DNA of 61,486 nt from Lentimicrobiaceae bacterium (GTDB lineage: Bacteria > Bacteroidota > Bacteroidia > Bacteroidales > WCHB1-69), in contig WQWP01000001.1 of NCBI GenBank assembly GCA_009787485.1, positions 1 to 61,486 of the forward strand, given 5' to 3'. A program made the position numbers and the translations under genes. Of this stretch, positions 52,711-61,486 are shown piece after piece; within the stretch, counting starts at the first letter, position 1, and each line of letters starts with the position of its first letter. The notes beneath the pieces are model-generated. The model did no database searches, was not told the DNA's origin, and worked only from the letters and a program-made list of their open reading frames with translations.

Positions 52711-53805
52711 CTAATATGGATAAAGAGGAACAGATTCACTCATTTTTTTTTCCACTTTTTTACCATCAACAATATAGGGCTTGCACTGCGGTAAGGATTT
52801 GATAACATTTATGGCATCCTCCGCATAATTGTAGCCATATTCTTTCATAAAAATGGAACTTGTTCCCTCATATACGTGTACATTATATATGTTGCCACAA
52901 GTATCTATTGTAAAGCAAACCTGTATGCTGGTAGCAATTCCTTTTAGATGCTTAACCGCTTCTTCAGATCGTGGTCTTTCAAGTGTAGCGAATTTTTTAT
53001 AAGACCTTTGCCATTCATCCATATCATTTGGATCGAAATTGTATGGAATGGTATCGTTTGTGTATTGAGCAATTTCCTTTTGTCTTTTTATTTCTCTAAA
53101 TTTGCCGGGAGATGCTGCAATGAAAACGAGCGCTATTATGGGCGCAACTATCATGGTAGCGTTAAATCCAAAATGAGCAAATATTGAGGGAATAATTGAT
53201 TGATATTTATTGCGAAGCCAACTCAAATACAATGCCCCAATAAATAATGGAATTAAAGTAATCAAAAACTGTTTTACAGTAATATTAAACAAAAAGCCAA
53301 AATGAGAAATAGCAAATAACAGGGCTGTTACCACAATAATTAGTTTTATGGGAGTTTTTTCTTTATCGCTGTAAAGTTTTTGCCATAAACCTTGTATAAA
53401 CCCTCTGAACAAAAACTCTTCCGTTAGGGGAGCCAAAATGAGAATCAAAGGAATAATCATAAATGTATCGCCAAGCTCTCCTAAAGGGCTTAATGGCATT
53501 TCTTTAAATATCATAAAATAAACAACAAAAGCAATAGGGCTGCATATTAAATTAATCAGTAGCCCCACTCCAAAAGATTTCCAAATGACTTTTTTGGTAA
53601 TGCCTTTTACGTTTAACCCCAATACCTGATGCCATTCTCTTCGATAAAGGAACCAGGTAGCTCCAATCGCAAGTAAAAGCAAAAGCAATAAAAAAAATAT
53701 CCTCAGTAGTTGAAATTTAGCATCCACGTAATAAGTGCGTATCCAGAGTAGCGCTAATGCTGTAAAGATAAATATAACCGTTAAAATGGTCGTACGTTTT
53801 TTCAT
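52711..53805 (-). CDS. CPBP (CAAX/Abi) intramembrane protease fused to a C-terminal TonB_C-like domain
   Basis: LTEEFLFRGF (EExxxR), FAISHF, HFGFN across about 6-7 TM helices. About 130 aa of soluble tail follows, with a V.F.ID..G.I..V.V / GKKV...VPL pattern. Confidence 0.7.
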   Translation of the reverse strand: MKKRTTILTVIFIFTALALLWIRTYYVDAKFQLLRIFFLLLLLLLAIGATWFLYRREWHQVLGLNVKGITKKVIWKSFGVGLLINLICSPIAFVVYFMIFKEMPLSPLGELGDTFMIIPLILILAPLTEEFLFRGFIQGLWQKLYSDKEKTPIKLIIVVTALLFAISHFGFLFNITVKQFLITLIPLFIGALYLSWLRNKYQSIIPSIFAHFGFNATMIVAPIIALVFIAASPGKFREIKRQKEIAQYTNDTIPYNFDPNDMDEWQRSYKKFATLERPRSEEAVKHLKGIATSIQVCFTIDTCGNIYNVHVYEGTSSIFMKEYGYNYAEDAINVIKSLPQCKPYIVDGKKVEKKMSESVPLYPY

Positions 53806-53821
53806 AAAAGAATATGTTAAA

Positions 53822-53861
53822 AGATGGCACAGATTTTATCCATGAAAACCTTGTGCCATCT
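53822..53861 (-). terminator. Putative intrinsic terminator of the giant surface-protein gene
   Basis: 10-bp stem agatggcaca / tgtgccatct, 26 nt past the stop, followed on the minus strand by a T-rich run. Confidence 0.5.
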
Positions 53862-53886
53862 GTGTCATCTACGTGCAAAAACGCGG

Positions 53887-56800
53887 TTAATTGATGCTAA
53901 CCTTCGTAATTACCTGTTGGTTATCCTCCATAATGATGCGTACAGCATAAATACCGGCGGCTACATGCAATGTAATTTCAGTGGTTTCGGCATTGGATTG
54001 TCCTTTCCATACTACACGGCCAAACATATCCATGATTTCAACTGTTTTTACGGGGACAAGGTTTTCGTTCTTGATGGTAACTACGTTGGTATAGCTGAAG
54101 ACATTAAACCTAAGTTCGTTTTCATCAATGCCTACAATGCGTTTGAAGAATGCTTCAACAGTGGCGTCGGCTTTAATGTTTTTCAGCGTATATGCGTCAT
54201 CTTCTAACACAACCACTTTATTATTTACGAGAACTTTGTCAATTTCAAAGTTCTGGTTTGGTGTAAATGTAAATGTTTGGTCAGCACCGTGCGTTACCAT
54301 AAAAACACCATCAGGATTCATTGTTCCGCCTGCAAAAGCTCTGGCGGTAATGCGATATTGGTTAAGTACCGCGTTTTCAACTGTAATGTCATAATCTCTT
54401 ACAATATTATTGAGGGTATAAATTCCACCTATCGAATTCATGATCATGCCGCTGATCGTATCTCTAACCGTGATGTTAGATTGATTATAGCCCTCATCTA
54501 ATGTTACTTTAAACATAAACCTGCCGCCATGTGCAACTGTAGGAACTCCGGAAATCGGAACGCCTGCGGTGTCGGTATAAGTAGCTCCTGCTACATCCAG
54601 CAAGGTAATGGAATAGGTTAGTCTTTCAAATATGGCGGCAATGGTATGATTTTCCATTACATTTTCAAAGACGTAGAAGCCATTTGTTACAGCTCCTGCC
54701 TGATTGAATCCGTCAACCATTACGCGAATTAATTCAAAGCCTTGTTCTGCAACAAAGTCGAATCTTCTGTCGGTATTTGCCGGAACATTTACAACACCCG
54801 ACGGGCTAATGGATCCTCCTTGTGAAGCAGTTGCCGCAATGGTATAGGTGTCGGAAGCGAAAATTACATGCAGCGTGTGGTTTGCCTTTACATTAAAGAA
54901 ACGGTACAAACCGTTTTGTATCGCTTCGTGATTAACTATACCATCCACCAGTACGGATATAATGTAGAAACCCGGATCCGGATTAAATACATAAATAGGA
55001 GAATGAACGCCGTACTCTACTGTCGTAATTCCTTGCGGGTCAATAGTTCCACCTGTAGTAGCCGTTGCCGTAATGGTGAAGGTGAGTTTTGCGAATGTTA
55101 CTTCTACTTCGTGACTTTGAATTACATTGGTAAAAGTGTAAGATCCTGCCAATGCTGCCGCATGGTTAGGCACGTTGTCAATAAGCACGGTATTTACTCT
55201 GTATCCTTCATTCGGCACAAAAGTAAGGATAACATTATCGCCATGTTCCACAAGAATTGGGTTCGCAATAGGAACGATGAATCCGTTTCCTCCAGACACA
55301 GAAGTGGTGATCTCATAGATAATCTTTGAGAAAGTGGCGTGAATTGTACCGTTGGCTTTTACATCTTCAAAAGTATAGCTGTTGATAGCGCCTTCGCTGT
55401 TACCATTCACAATCACATCGTTTATTTCGTATCCGGTATTTGGAAAAATGTGGAAAGTTTGGTTGGTGCCCCAAACAACTTGCACAGCGCCGCTTGGGTT
55501 AATACTACCGCCCGGCTCAGCCGTTGCCATAATAGAATATGTAATAGGCTTGAAGGTTACAAAAAGGGTATGATTGGCATCCAAATCAAAAAACTCATAA
55601 GTAGCTATTGAGGTGCCTGTTACATTAACTATTACATCATCTACATATACTTTATCAATTTCAAAGCCATCATCAGCTATGATGGTAAATGGATAGACTA
55701 ACGTGCCTGAATCTATAGCAATGAAAAATTCTACAATTTCTCCGCTTTCATCAAATGGTATGGTTGGATATACGAAACCGCCTGCGTTTTGTGCTGCGCG
55801 TGGTCCAAATTGGATGATGTATTGCGGGAAATCTTCAAACTCCACATGAATGGTCCTATTAAAGCGAATATTTTCTAAATTGTAACGACGTATGGTATTA
55901 GGTACTGAAATCTCCTCGCCATCAATAAAAAGCGCGCGTACACGGTATCCTAAATCCATAATAAAATCGTACATTTTGTCCACTCCGCAATCTACATAAG
56001 ATAATCCTGCTGGACTAATATAATTCCACGGGCTTTCCATTTGAGACGGGGTAGCCATAACGGTATATTGCTTTATCGTTGTAAACACTTTAATCAAAGG
56101 AAGTTTTCCGGTTATGTTGGTAATAGTATGAGTATACCCCTCATTATTAGCTGTTGCATTATATAGTCCATGAAACTCATCACCTATCCATACTTCGTAT
56201 TGATAGCAATCGGCAGAAATATTGAAAGTAACATTTGAGCCGTGTGGTATGCAACCGGCAGGATTCATCGTTACTGTAGCGCCTGTTCCGATAATGTTAC
56301 CCGGGTTCATCGCGTAACAATTGGTAGCAAAGCTCACTGATAAGTTATGATAAGCCTGAATATTATCGAAAGTATAAGACCAGGGTGCAGTAGTTTCTGG
56401 ATTTCCTGTAAAAACGGGAATGCCATCTACTACCACAGTGGCGATATGAGCGCCCGGGTTAGGCGTAAAGGTATAAGTAGCATTTTGTCCTAATAAATAA
56501 TTGATCGTGGTTGCCGGAGCAACTGTGCCCAATAAAGGATTCATATTACTAACCGATATTGGATAATGGAAAATAGCAATAGCTGTTTTATTGGAGTCCC
56601 ATGTCCAAGGGGTGTTTGCAGAAATTGGCGTACCATCTATTTCCCAACGTAAGAAAATACAATTGAGCTGTGTAGGAACCGGAAGCGTACCGATAGGGAA
56701 ACTGTAAGTAACCGGTTTTGAAGTGGGAGAAACCGTACCTGTACTTGGATTGAATGTTAAGGTATATTGTCCAAGTTTAAACGATGCTACAATAGTTTGA

Positions 56801-59800
56801 TTAGCAGTTACATTTTGGAATGTATAAGTACCCGAACTAACTGCTGCCGGATTATTTACTCCGTTAATTAGCACCTGATCAATTTCGTATCCGGTATTCG
56901 GCGTGATCGTGTATGCTTGGCTTCCGCCATGATTTACCGTTGTAACTCCGGGAGGCGCAATCATTCCATTGCCTCCATTCACAGATGCCGTAATGGTGTA
57001 AGTCTTTATTTGGAAGTTTGCCGTAAAAGTCCGGCTTTCTGTTATATTAAATGAATAAGGATTCTCCGTAATCGTTGCAGTGCCTTCAGTCCAATTCACA
57101 AAATTATAAGCAGCGCCCGGCGTAGCATTAATGGTTACCTGAGCATTATAGTTATAAGTTCCGGCTCCGGTAAGTGTTCCGGCTCCATTCGGAGAAGATG
57201 AAAGCGTAACGGTGTATTCTGTTTTTTTAATATCATTAATGGAATCTCTTGGCGCAATTTGTCTGTCGGCATTGTATGGAATGACAAATCCGGCAACATC
57301 ATATCGTGTAGCCGGATTGGTAACGTAACCGGTAAAAGTTCCAAATTGATTACGACAAATCATATTGCCGGCACCTTGCGAAATTCCGATATTTGCGGCT
57401 GCACCGGTTCCAAAAGTGCCTCCTGCAAAAGCAACTTCTTCCAATTTCACCAATTGCGATTCATAATCAGTAAAATTAGCAAGGAGGTTTGCCATGGTTA
57501 GCGTAATGGGTTGCACGGGAGTTCCCGGAGTTCCTGCGGCAGTATTCACAAGGGGTAACAATTGACGCTGCCCATTAAATACGCTATACGTACCGATAAC
57601 GCCTCCTGAGATGATATCACCATTGTTATAAGTATTTGTAATTACCTGTGTTGCTGTTGGGTTATCGTAGATTATCAAACCACCGGTAGCGTCTTTTATG
57701 TAGATATTCCTGCCGTTACGAAATACAAAAGTAACATTTCCGGTAATTTTGTAGGTTAATGTGGGTTCCTGCGCGCCGGCAGCCTTAAATGCGGCTATGT
57801 TATCTACATTGGTTGGGAATGTATATGTTGCCGTAGCAATGCCGCTATTATCCATGTCTGCTTTTACTGCCATAGCTTTAATGGTAGTTGTTGTGCTGAC
57901 ATTGATTGGGTTGTTGTAAACCGAAGAACCTACAGTTGGGTCAGTCCCGTTGGTGGTATAATAGATCGTAGCGCCCTGTGTGGCACAGTTAATCGTAACA
58001 GCAACAGGCGCAAACTGGTTGCCTCCGGGAGGCGTAAAAGTTGGTGTTGCAACTGTGGATGAAGCAAAATCGGTAATACAGAGGTTGTCAATATTTATAG
58101 AATTAGTACTGCCGCCATAATATTTAATGATTCTGATACGGGCATTTCCGGGAACATCTACCTCGAAAGAGGCTTCAAGCATTTTACTTCCGCCGGCTAC
58201 CCAAGAGGGAGCAGCAGGCGTATTTCCTGCATTAATCCAGTTTGTACCTTGGTCGGTAGAGTACTCAAGGGCAAGAACACCACCGGAATGAGAACTGTAA
58301 GAAGCATAATTAAACGAAACGGTTCCTATTCCGTTGGGTCTGTCAAAAGACATTTCAATTCTATTCGTATTATCATTTTGATCGTTAGCATTATTCCCTC
58401 TCAAACGGAGCGATCTATTATCAAAGCGTCTGTCATTATCATCCATATTTCCTACAGCTGCAACCCTCCAATCATTGCCTTGCAGGTCGGTTACATCTCG
58501 TGCTGTGTAACTTCCTCCTGCCCACGCTGCGTCTTCAAAATCTTCAAGCAAATCACATTCACCGGCTTCAAAGAGTTTTATAACAAATAATGCGGAAGCA
58601 ATCGGGCTATTATCATGATTTGCTTTTACTCCAACCGCCTTGAGGTTATAAGTTCCGGTTTCATCTAATGGTACAGGGGCTGTATATAAAATAGAAGAAC
58701 TCGTTGGCTCTGTACCATCTAAGGTATAATAGATAGCAGCGCCTTCGGTAGAGCAAGTTATCTCTACAGTTTTTGTTTCGGTAAAGGAGCCTCCGTTTGG
58801 AGCGATCACCGGAGTGGCAACAATAGGATTTGCAGTACCATAAGACTCCCATATAAAGTTATCAATACATGTTTGGGCATTAGTAGTTCCTGTTCCTTGC
58901 AGTTCAATTCTTACGGTGAAGCTACCCGATATGTTCAAATTTTCCGCCTCTAACGTTCTTAGCTCGGTATCGCCACCGCAGTTCTCTCCCGTAGCAACCA
59001 AATTGCCATTGATATAAACTTGAACAATTCGAGTTGCTGTTGAGGTATAGGCTCGTTTATAATCTAATGAAAACTTTGAGATACCTCCCGGAATAGTTGC
59101 TTGAACGAACGATGATGGGTTTCTTAATACAGGGGTTACGCTTTCAATAGTCCACGGCGGATTTTGTTTATTTCCATCTTGACAGGCATCCCATTGCCAT
59201 TCATAGCCGGTTGAACCGACTTGTGTACCGGCATTATATGCAGTGCTTCCTGCTAAGTTAGTTAATGTGTTAAAGGTTTCGTGGTGTTCCTCGCCGGTTA
59301 CTTCCTGATCCATTTTATAGAGTGTCAGATGTTGTTGGGTGCCTGTATAGCAGGCAAAGCGCGGAGAAGCTGTGTTATATTGTAAAAAACGTCCTGCAAC
59401 GTTTACATTTTCAACTCGAAATAAATTGCTTACATAAGTAAATGTCCATCTTGCCGCATTAGTTACATTGGCTATAAAAAGCGCTGAATTATTGGCTCCA
59501 TTAGATGAAACATATTGGGCAATAGCTTCATTATAGATGGTTTTAGAACTCCCGTCTGTTTCTATTTTCCAAACTATAGAAGGATCCGGATTAGTAATTA
59601 TGTCGGCTGCCGGAGTTATTGCCGTACTCAAAATATGGATACTATTACCTGAGCCTGATGTCGTATTAATCATTGCAAAAGTAGCGCCATACGCAATTAC
59701 ATACTCCCCGTCTGTCAAATCGGCGAGAGAGGTAATTTTAGTAAAAGTTCCGGTTCCGGAGTATTGACCGCATAAAGTGTTTGAAAAGCCCAATATCATT

Positions 59801-59844
59801 ATTATGGTAAGGGCAAAGCATTTAAAAAAAGAAAAATTTTTCAT
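53887..59844 (-). CDS. 1985-aa T9SS-secreted surface protein with about 13 divergent InlB-B-like repeats
   Basis: Signal peptide, two chitobiase/hexosaminidase-C-like modules (..ITCSTEGAAIYYTLDGTEPT.., ..INCATQGATIYYTTNGTDPT..), about 13 modules of about 80 aa (Y.I.A....GG.I.P.G...V..G....F...P..GY.I..V.VDG..), and a C-terminal T9SS sorting domain (VEIMDMFGRVV...GIYAVRI). Confidence 0.85.
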   Translation of the reverse strand: MKNFSFFKCFALTIIMILGFSNTLCGQYSGTGTFTKITSLADLTDGEYVIAYGATFAMINTTSGSGNSIHILSTAITPAADIITNPDPSIVWKIETDGSSKTIYNEAIAQYVSSNGANNSALFIANVTNAARWTFTYVSNLFRVENVNVAGRFLQYNTASPRFACYTGTQQHLTLYKMDQEVTGEEHHETFNTLTNLAGSTAYNAGTQVGSTGYEWQWDACQDGNKQNPPWTIESVTPVLRNPSSFVQATIPGGISKFSLDYKRAYTSTATRIVQVYINGNLVATGENCGGDTELRTLEAENLNISGSFTVRIELQGTGTTNAQTCIDNFIWESYGTANPIVATPVIAPNGGSFTETKTVEITCSTEGAAIYYTLDGTEPTSSSILYTAPVPLDETGTYNLKAVGVKANHDNSPIASALFVIKLFEAGECDLLEDFEDAAWAGGSYTARDVTDLQGNDWRVAAVGNMDDNDRRFDNRSLRLRGNNANDQNDNTNRIEMSFDRPNGIGTVSFNYASYSSHSGGVLALEYSTDQGTNWINAGNTPAAPSWVAGGSKMLEASFEVDVPGNARIRIIKYYGGSTNSINIDNLCITDFASSTVATPTFTPPGGNQFAPVAVTINCATQGATIYYTTNGTDPTVGSSVYNNPINVSTTTTIKAMAVKADMDNSGIATATYTFPTNVDNIAAFKAAGAQEPTLTYKITGNVTFVFRNGRNIYIKDATGGLIIYDNPTATQVITNTYNNGDIISGGVIGTYSVFNGQRQLLPLVNTAAGTPGTPVQPITLTMANLLANFTDYESQLVKLEEVAFAGGTFGTGAAANIGISQGAGNMICRNQFGTFTGYVTNPATRYDVAGFVIPYNADRQIAPRDSINDIKKTEYTVTLSSSPNGAGTLTGAGTYNYNAQVTINATPGAAYNFVNWTEGTATITENPYSFNITESRTFTANFQIKTYTITASVNGGNGMIAPPGVTTVNHGGSQAYTITPNTGYEIDQVLINGVNNPAAVSSGTYTFQNVTANQTIVASFKLGQYTLTFNPSTGTVSPTSKPVTYSFPIGTLPVPTQLNCIFLRWEIDGTPISANTPWTWDSNKTAIAIFHYPISVSNMNPLLGTVAPATTINYLLGQNATYTFTPNPGAHIATVVVDGIPVFTGNPETTAPWSYTFDNIQAYHNLSVSFATNCYAMNPGNIIGTGATVTMNPAGCIPHGSNVTFNISADCYQYEVWIGDEFHGLYNATANNEGYTHTITNITGKLPLIKVFTTIKQYTVMATPSQMESPWNYISPAGLSYVDCGVDKMYDFIMDLGYRVRALFIDGEEISVPNTIRRYNLENIRFNRTIHVEFEDFPQYIIQFGPRAAQNAGGFVYPTIPFDESGEIVEFFIAIDSGTLVYPFTIIADDGFEIDKVYVDDVIVNVTGTSIATYEFFDLDANHTLFVTFKPITYSIMATAEPGGSINPSGAVQVVWGTNQTFHIFPNTGYEINDVIVNGNSEGAINSYTFEDVKANGTIHATFSKIIYEITTSVSGGNGFIVPIANPILVEHGDNVILTFVPNEGYRVNTVLIDNVPNHAAALAGSYTFTNVIQSHEVEVTFAKLTFTITATATTGGTIDPQGITTVEYGVHSPIYVFNPDPGFYIISVLVDGIVNHEAIQNGLYRFFNVKANHTLHVIFASDTYTIAATASQGGSISPSGVVNVPANTDRRFDFVAEQGFELIRVMVDGFNQAGAVTNGFYVFENVMENHTIAAIFERLTYSITLLDVAGATYTDTAGVPISGVPTVAHGGRFMFKVTLDEGYNQSNITVRDTISGMIMNSIGGIYTLNNIVRDYDITVENAVLNQYRITARAFAGGTMNPDGVFMVTHGADQTFTFTPNQNFEIDKVLVNNKVVVLEDDAYTLKNIKADATVEAFFKRIVGIDENELRFNVFSYTNVVTIKNENLVPVKTVEIMDMFGRVVWKGQSNAETTEITLHVAAGIYAVRIIMEDNQQVITKVSIN

Positions 59845-59889
59845 AAAACGTTATTTTATTGGTTATTAATTTTTGGACTAAGAAGGCGA

Positions 59890-59897
59890 CAAATATA
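59890..59897 (-). promoter_or_regulatory. Candidate -7 box (TATATTTG on the minus strand) for the giant gene
   Basis: caaatata on the plus strand, about 46 nt upstream of the ATG at 59844. Confidence 0.35.
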
Positions 59898-60001
59898 AAA
59901 TATTCCTTTAATAAATAGGAGGTTTTTGGTTAAGAAAATATTATTTTTTATATGCTAACGTTTTTTTCTTTTCTTTGCACCCAATTTTTAACCCACCATT
60001 T

Positions 60002-60427
60002 ATGAAAAAACTTTTCTACACCTTGTTATTCGTTTTCAGCGGTTTTTTTCTTTTCGCACAAAACGCCGATGCCATTGTGGGCACTTATGAAAATCCTAAT
60101 GGACAATCGCATTTAGAATATTTCAAATCGGGCAGCACTTATTCCGCAAAAATTGTTTGGTTGAGTGAACCTAACGATGCAAAAGGAAATCCGAGAAAAG
60201 ATGTTAAAAACCCCGACAAGTCATTGCGCGACAGGCCTGTAATGGGCTTAGTAACCGTTACCGGACTGAAATTTGACGGCAAAGACACCTACACCGACGG
60301 AAAGGCTTACCGCGTTGCCGAAGGCGATGAGGTGAAAATGAAGATCAAAGTAAACAAAGACGGCTCGCTCGATGTTACCGGGTCTAAAGGTCCTTTTTCA
60401 AAAACGCAGACCTGGAAGAAGTTATAA
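60002..60427 (+). CDS. DUF2147 domain protein (secreted)
   Basis: Start set to MKKLFYTLLFVFSGFFLFAQ. The pattern GTYENPNG...AKIVWLSEPNDAKGNPRKDVKNPDKSLRDRPVMGL fits DUF2147. Confidence 0.75.
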   Translation: MKKLFYTLLFVFSGFFLFAQNADAIVGTYENPNGQSHLEYFKSGSTYSAKIVWLSEPNDAKGNPRKDVKNPDKSLRDRPVMGLVTVTGLKFDGKDTYTDGKAYRVAEGDEVKMKIKVNKDGSLDVTGSKGPFSKTQTWKKL

Positions 60428-60675
60428 AAAAACGTTCTCCTTCACTTTTCGTATCAATATTTAATTATATTTGCGACCCTTAAAAAACAGTATGCGTACA
60501 AGTAGATTTTAGGTAGCGCAACGTATTCTATGTTAGGGGTTTGAATTTATGTTTGTATATGGTTAATTAAATTAGGTATGGTAAAAATTTCAACTATTTC
60601 ATCCCAAAATTTCAAACAAAACAACCTTTGAACGTCGAATTAAGTCGAATAATAATAATAAAAAATAGATAAAAA

Positions 60676-60867
60676 ATGAAAAAAGTAGTGAATTATTTTA
60701 AGGAAACTTACGATGAGTTGGTTCATAAAGTAACCTGGCCCTCAATGAAAGATCTGCAAAATAGCGTTATCGTGGTGTCTATTGCTTCCCTTATCATAGC
60801 ACTTATAGTGTTTTTGATGGACGCCGTGTTTAATGCAGGTATGACCACCTTATTCCCTTCAATGTAG
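60676..60867 (+). CDS. secE: Preprotein translocase subunit SecE
   Basis: 63 aa with ETYDELVHKVTWPSMKDL followed by a single TM helix. It lies immediately upstream of nusG. Confidence 0.88.
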   Translation: MKKVVNYFKETYDELVHKVTWPSMKDLQNSVIVVSIASLIIALIVFLMDAVFNAGMTTLFPSM

Positions 60868-60909
60868 TTTTTCATCTTAGTTGGTATTTTTACCCATAAC
60901 ACTTTGAGT

Positions 60910-61464
60910 ATGGCAGAAATTGAAAAAAAGTGGTATGTTATTCGTGCTGCTACCGGAACTGAAAAAAAGGTAAAAGCGAACATCGAAAGCGAAGTTCAGG
61001 CTTCTCCTTATGTTAAAGACATGGTAACGCGCGTGCTCATCCCCACAGAAAAAATTTACCAGATTCGCAACGGTAAAAAAGTGAGTAAAGAACGTAACTT
61101 CTTCCCCGGATATGTCTTCGTAGAAGCAATTATGACGGGCGAGACAAAACACACTTTGCTCAGCGTGCCCGGCGTGCTCGGATTTGTAGGATGCAAACGC
61201 AAAATCGATCCCCCTGTCGCCCTGCGCCCCATTGAAGTTACCCGCATGTTAGGAAAAGTGGACGAATTGCTCGAGCAAGACGATACGTACGCCACTCCAT
61301 ACATCGTTGGCGAAGAAATCAAAGTGATTGATGGTCCGTTCAACACTTTCACCGGTATTATTGAAGAAGCGAACACCGAGAAAAAGAAACTGAAAGTTAT
61401 GGTGAAAATTTTCGGTCGTAAAACCCCTCTCGAACTAAGTTTTATGCAAGTTGAAAAAGCGTAA
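60910..61464 (+). CDS. nusG: Transcription termination/antitermination factor NusG
   Basis: KKWYVIRAATGTEKKV (NGN domain), FPGYVFVEA, and a C-terminal KOW (GEEIKVIDGPFNTFTGIIEE). ATG at 60910 is preferred over the TTG at 60904. Confidence 0.93.
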   Translation: MAEIEKKWYVIRAATGTEKKVKANIESEVQASPYVKDMVTRVLIPTEKIYQIRNGKKVSKERNFFPGYVFVEAIMTGETKHTLLSVPGVLGFVGCKRKIDPPVALRPIEVTRMLGKVDELLEQDDTYATPYIVGEEIKVIDGPFNTFTGIIEEANTEKKKLKVMVKIFGRKTPLELSFMQVEKA

Positions 61465-61486
61465 AAACCCAACATCAATTAGTTAC

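Noticed and set aside
60428-60675. Expected tRNA-Trp upstream of secE
   Set aside because: No cloverleaf-compatible sequence, T-loop (GTTCGAATC-like) or GC-rich acceptor stem is visible, and the region is AT-rich.

Overview
This is a chromosomal segment that looks like Bacteroidota. The evidence is T9SS C-terminal sorting domains on two secreted proteins, TAnnTTTG-type -7 boxes, the gene content, and AT-rich DNA judged by eye. I call 42 CDSs. Housekeeping genes: secA (5'-truncated by the window edge), rnr, parC, an M16 peptidase with folC, murG, glyA, a yqgE/algH-type gene, and secE-nusG. Envelope and accessory genes: two RND efflux permeases (one with an adaptor, neither with an outer-membrane factor gene), a four-gene CDP-6-deoxyhexose operon plus a GT2, an EEP / lipoprotein / endonuclease I cluster, a 1985-aa T9SS surface protein, a CPBP protease fusion, and a lipoprotein / radical SAM-SPASM / TPR operon. 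I recognised no rRNA, tRNA, CRISPR array, transposase or integrase. The most unusual content is non-genic: a modular family of small repeats. (a) A ~55-nt double-hairpin element occurs four times. Two inverted copies bracket a DUF559 endonuclease gene, and one copy sits in frame inside folC. (b) GA/CT-rich tracts include a 42-bp tandem array, and a 21-nt core of this tract is shared inside two other CDSs. (c) There are AATT-type heptamer arrays. (d) Two long GC-rich foldback palindromes are built from REP-like hairpins. The best protein-level candidate for an uncharacterised system is the lipoprotein / rSAM-SPASM / TPR operon at 35.8-38.8 kb. All calls rest on reading the sequence and the ORF translations. 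No searches were run, so family names come from motif recognition and memory.
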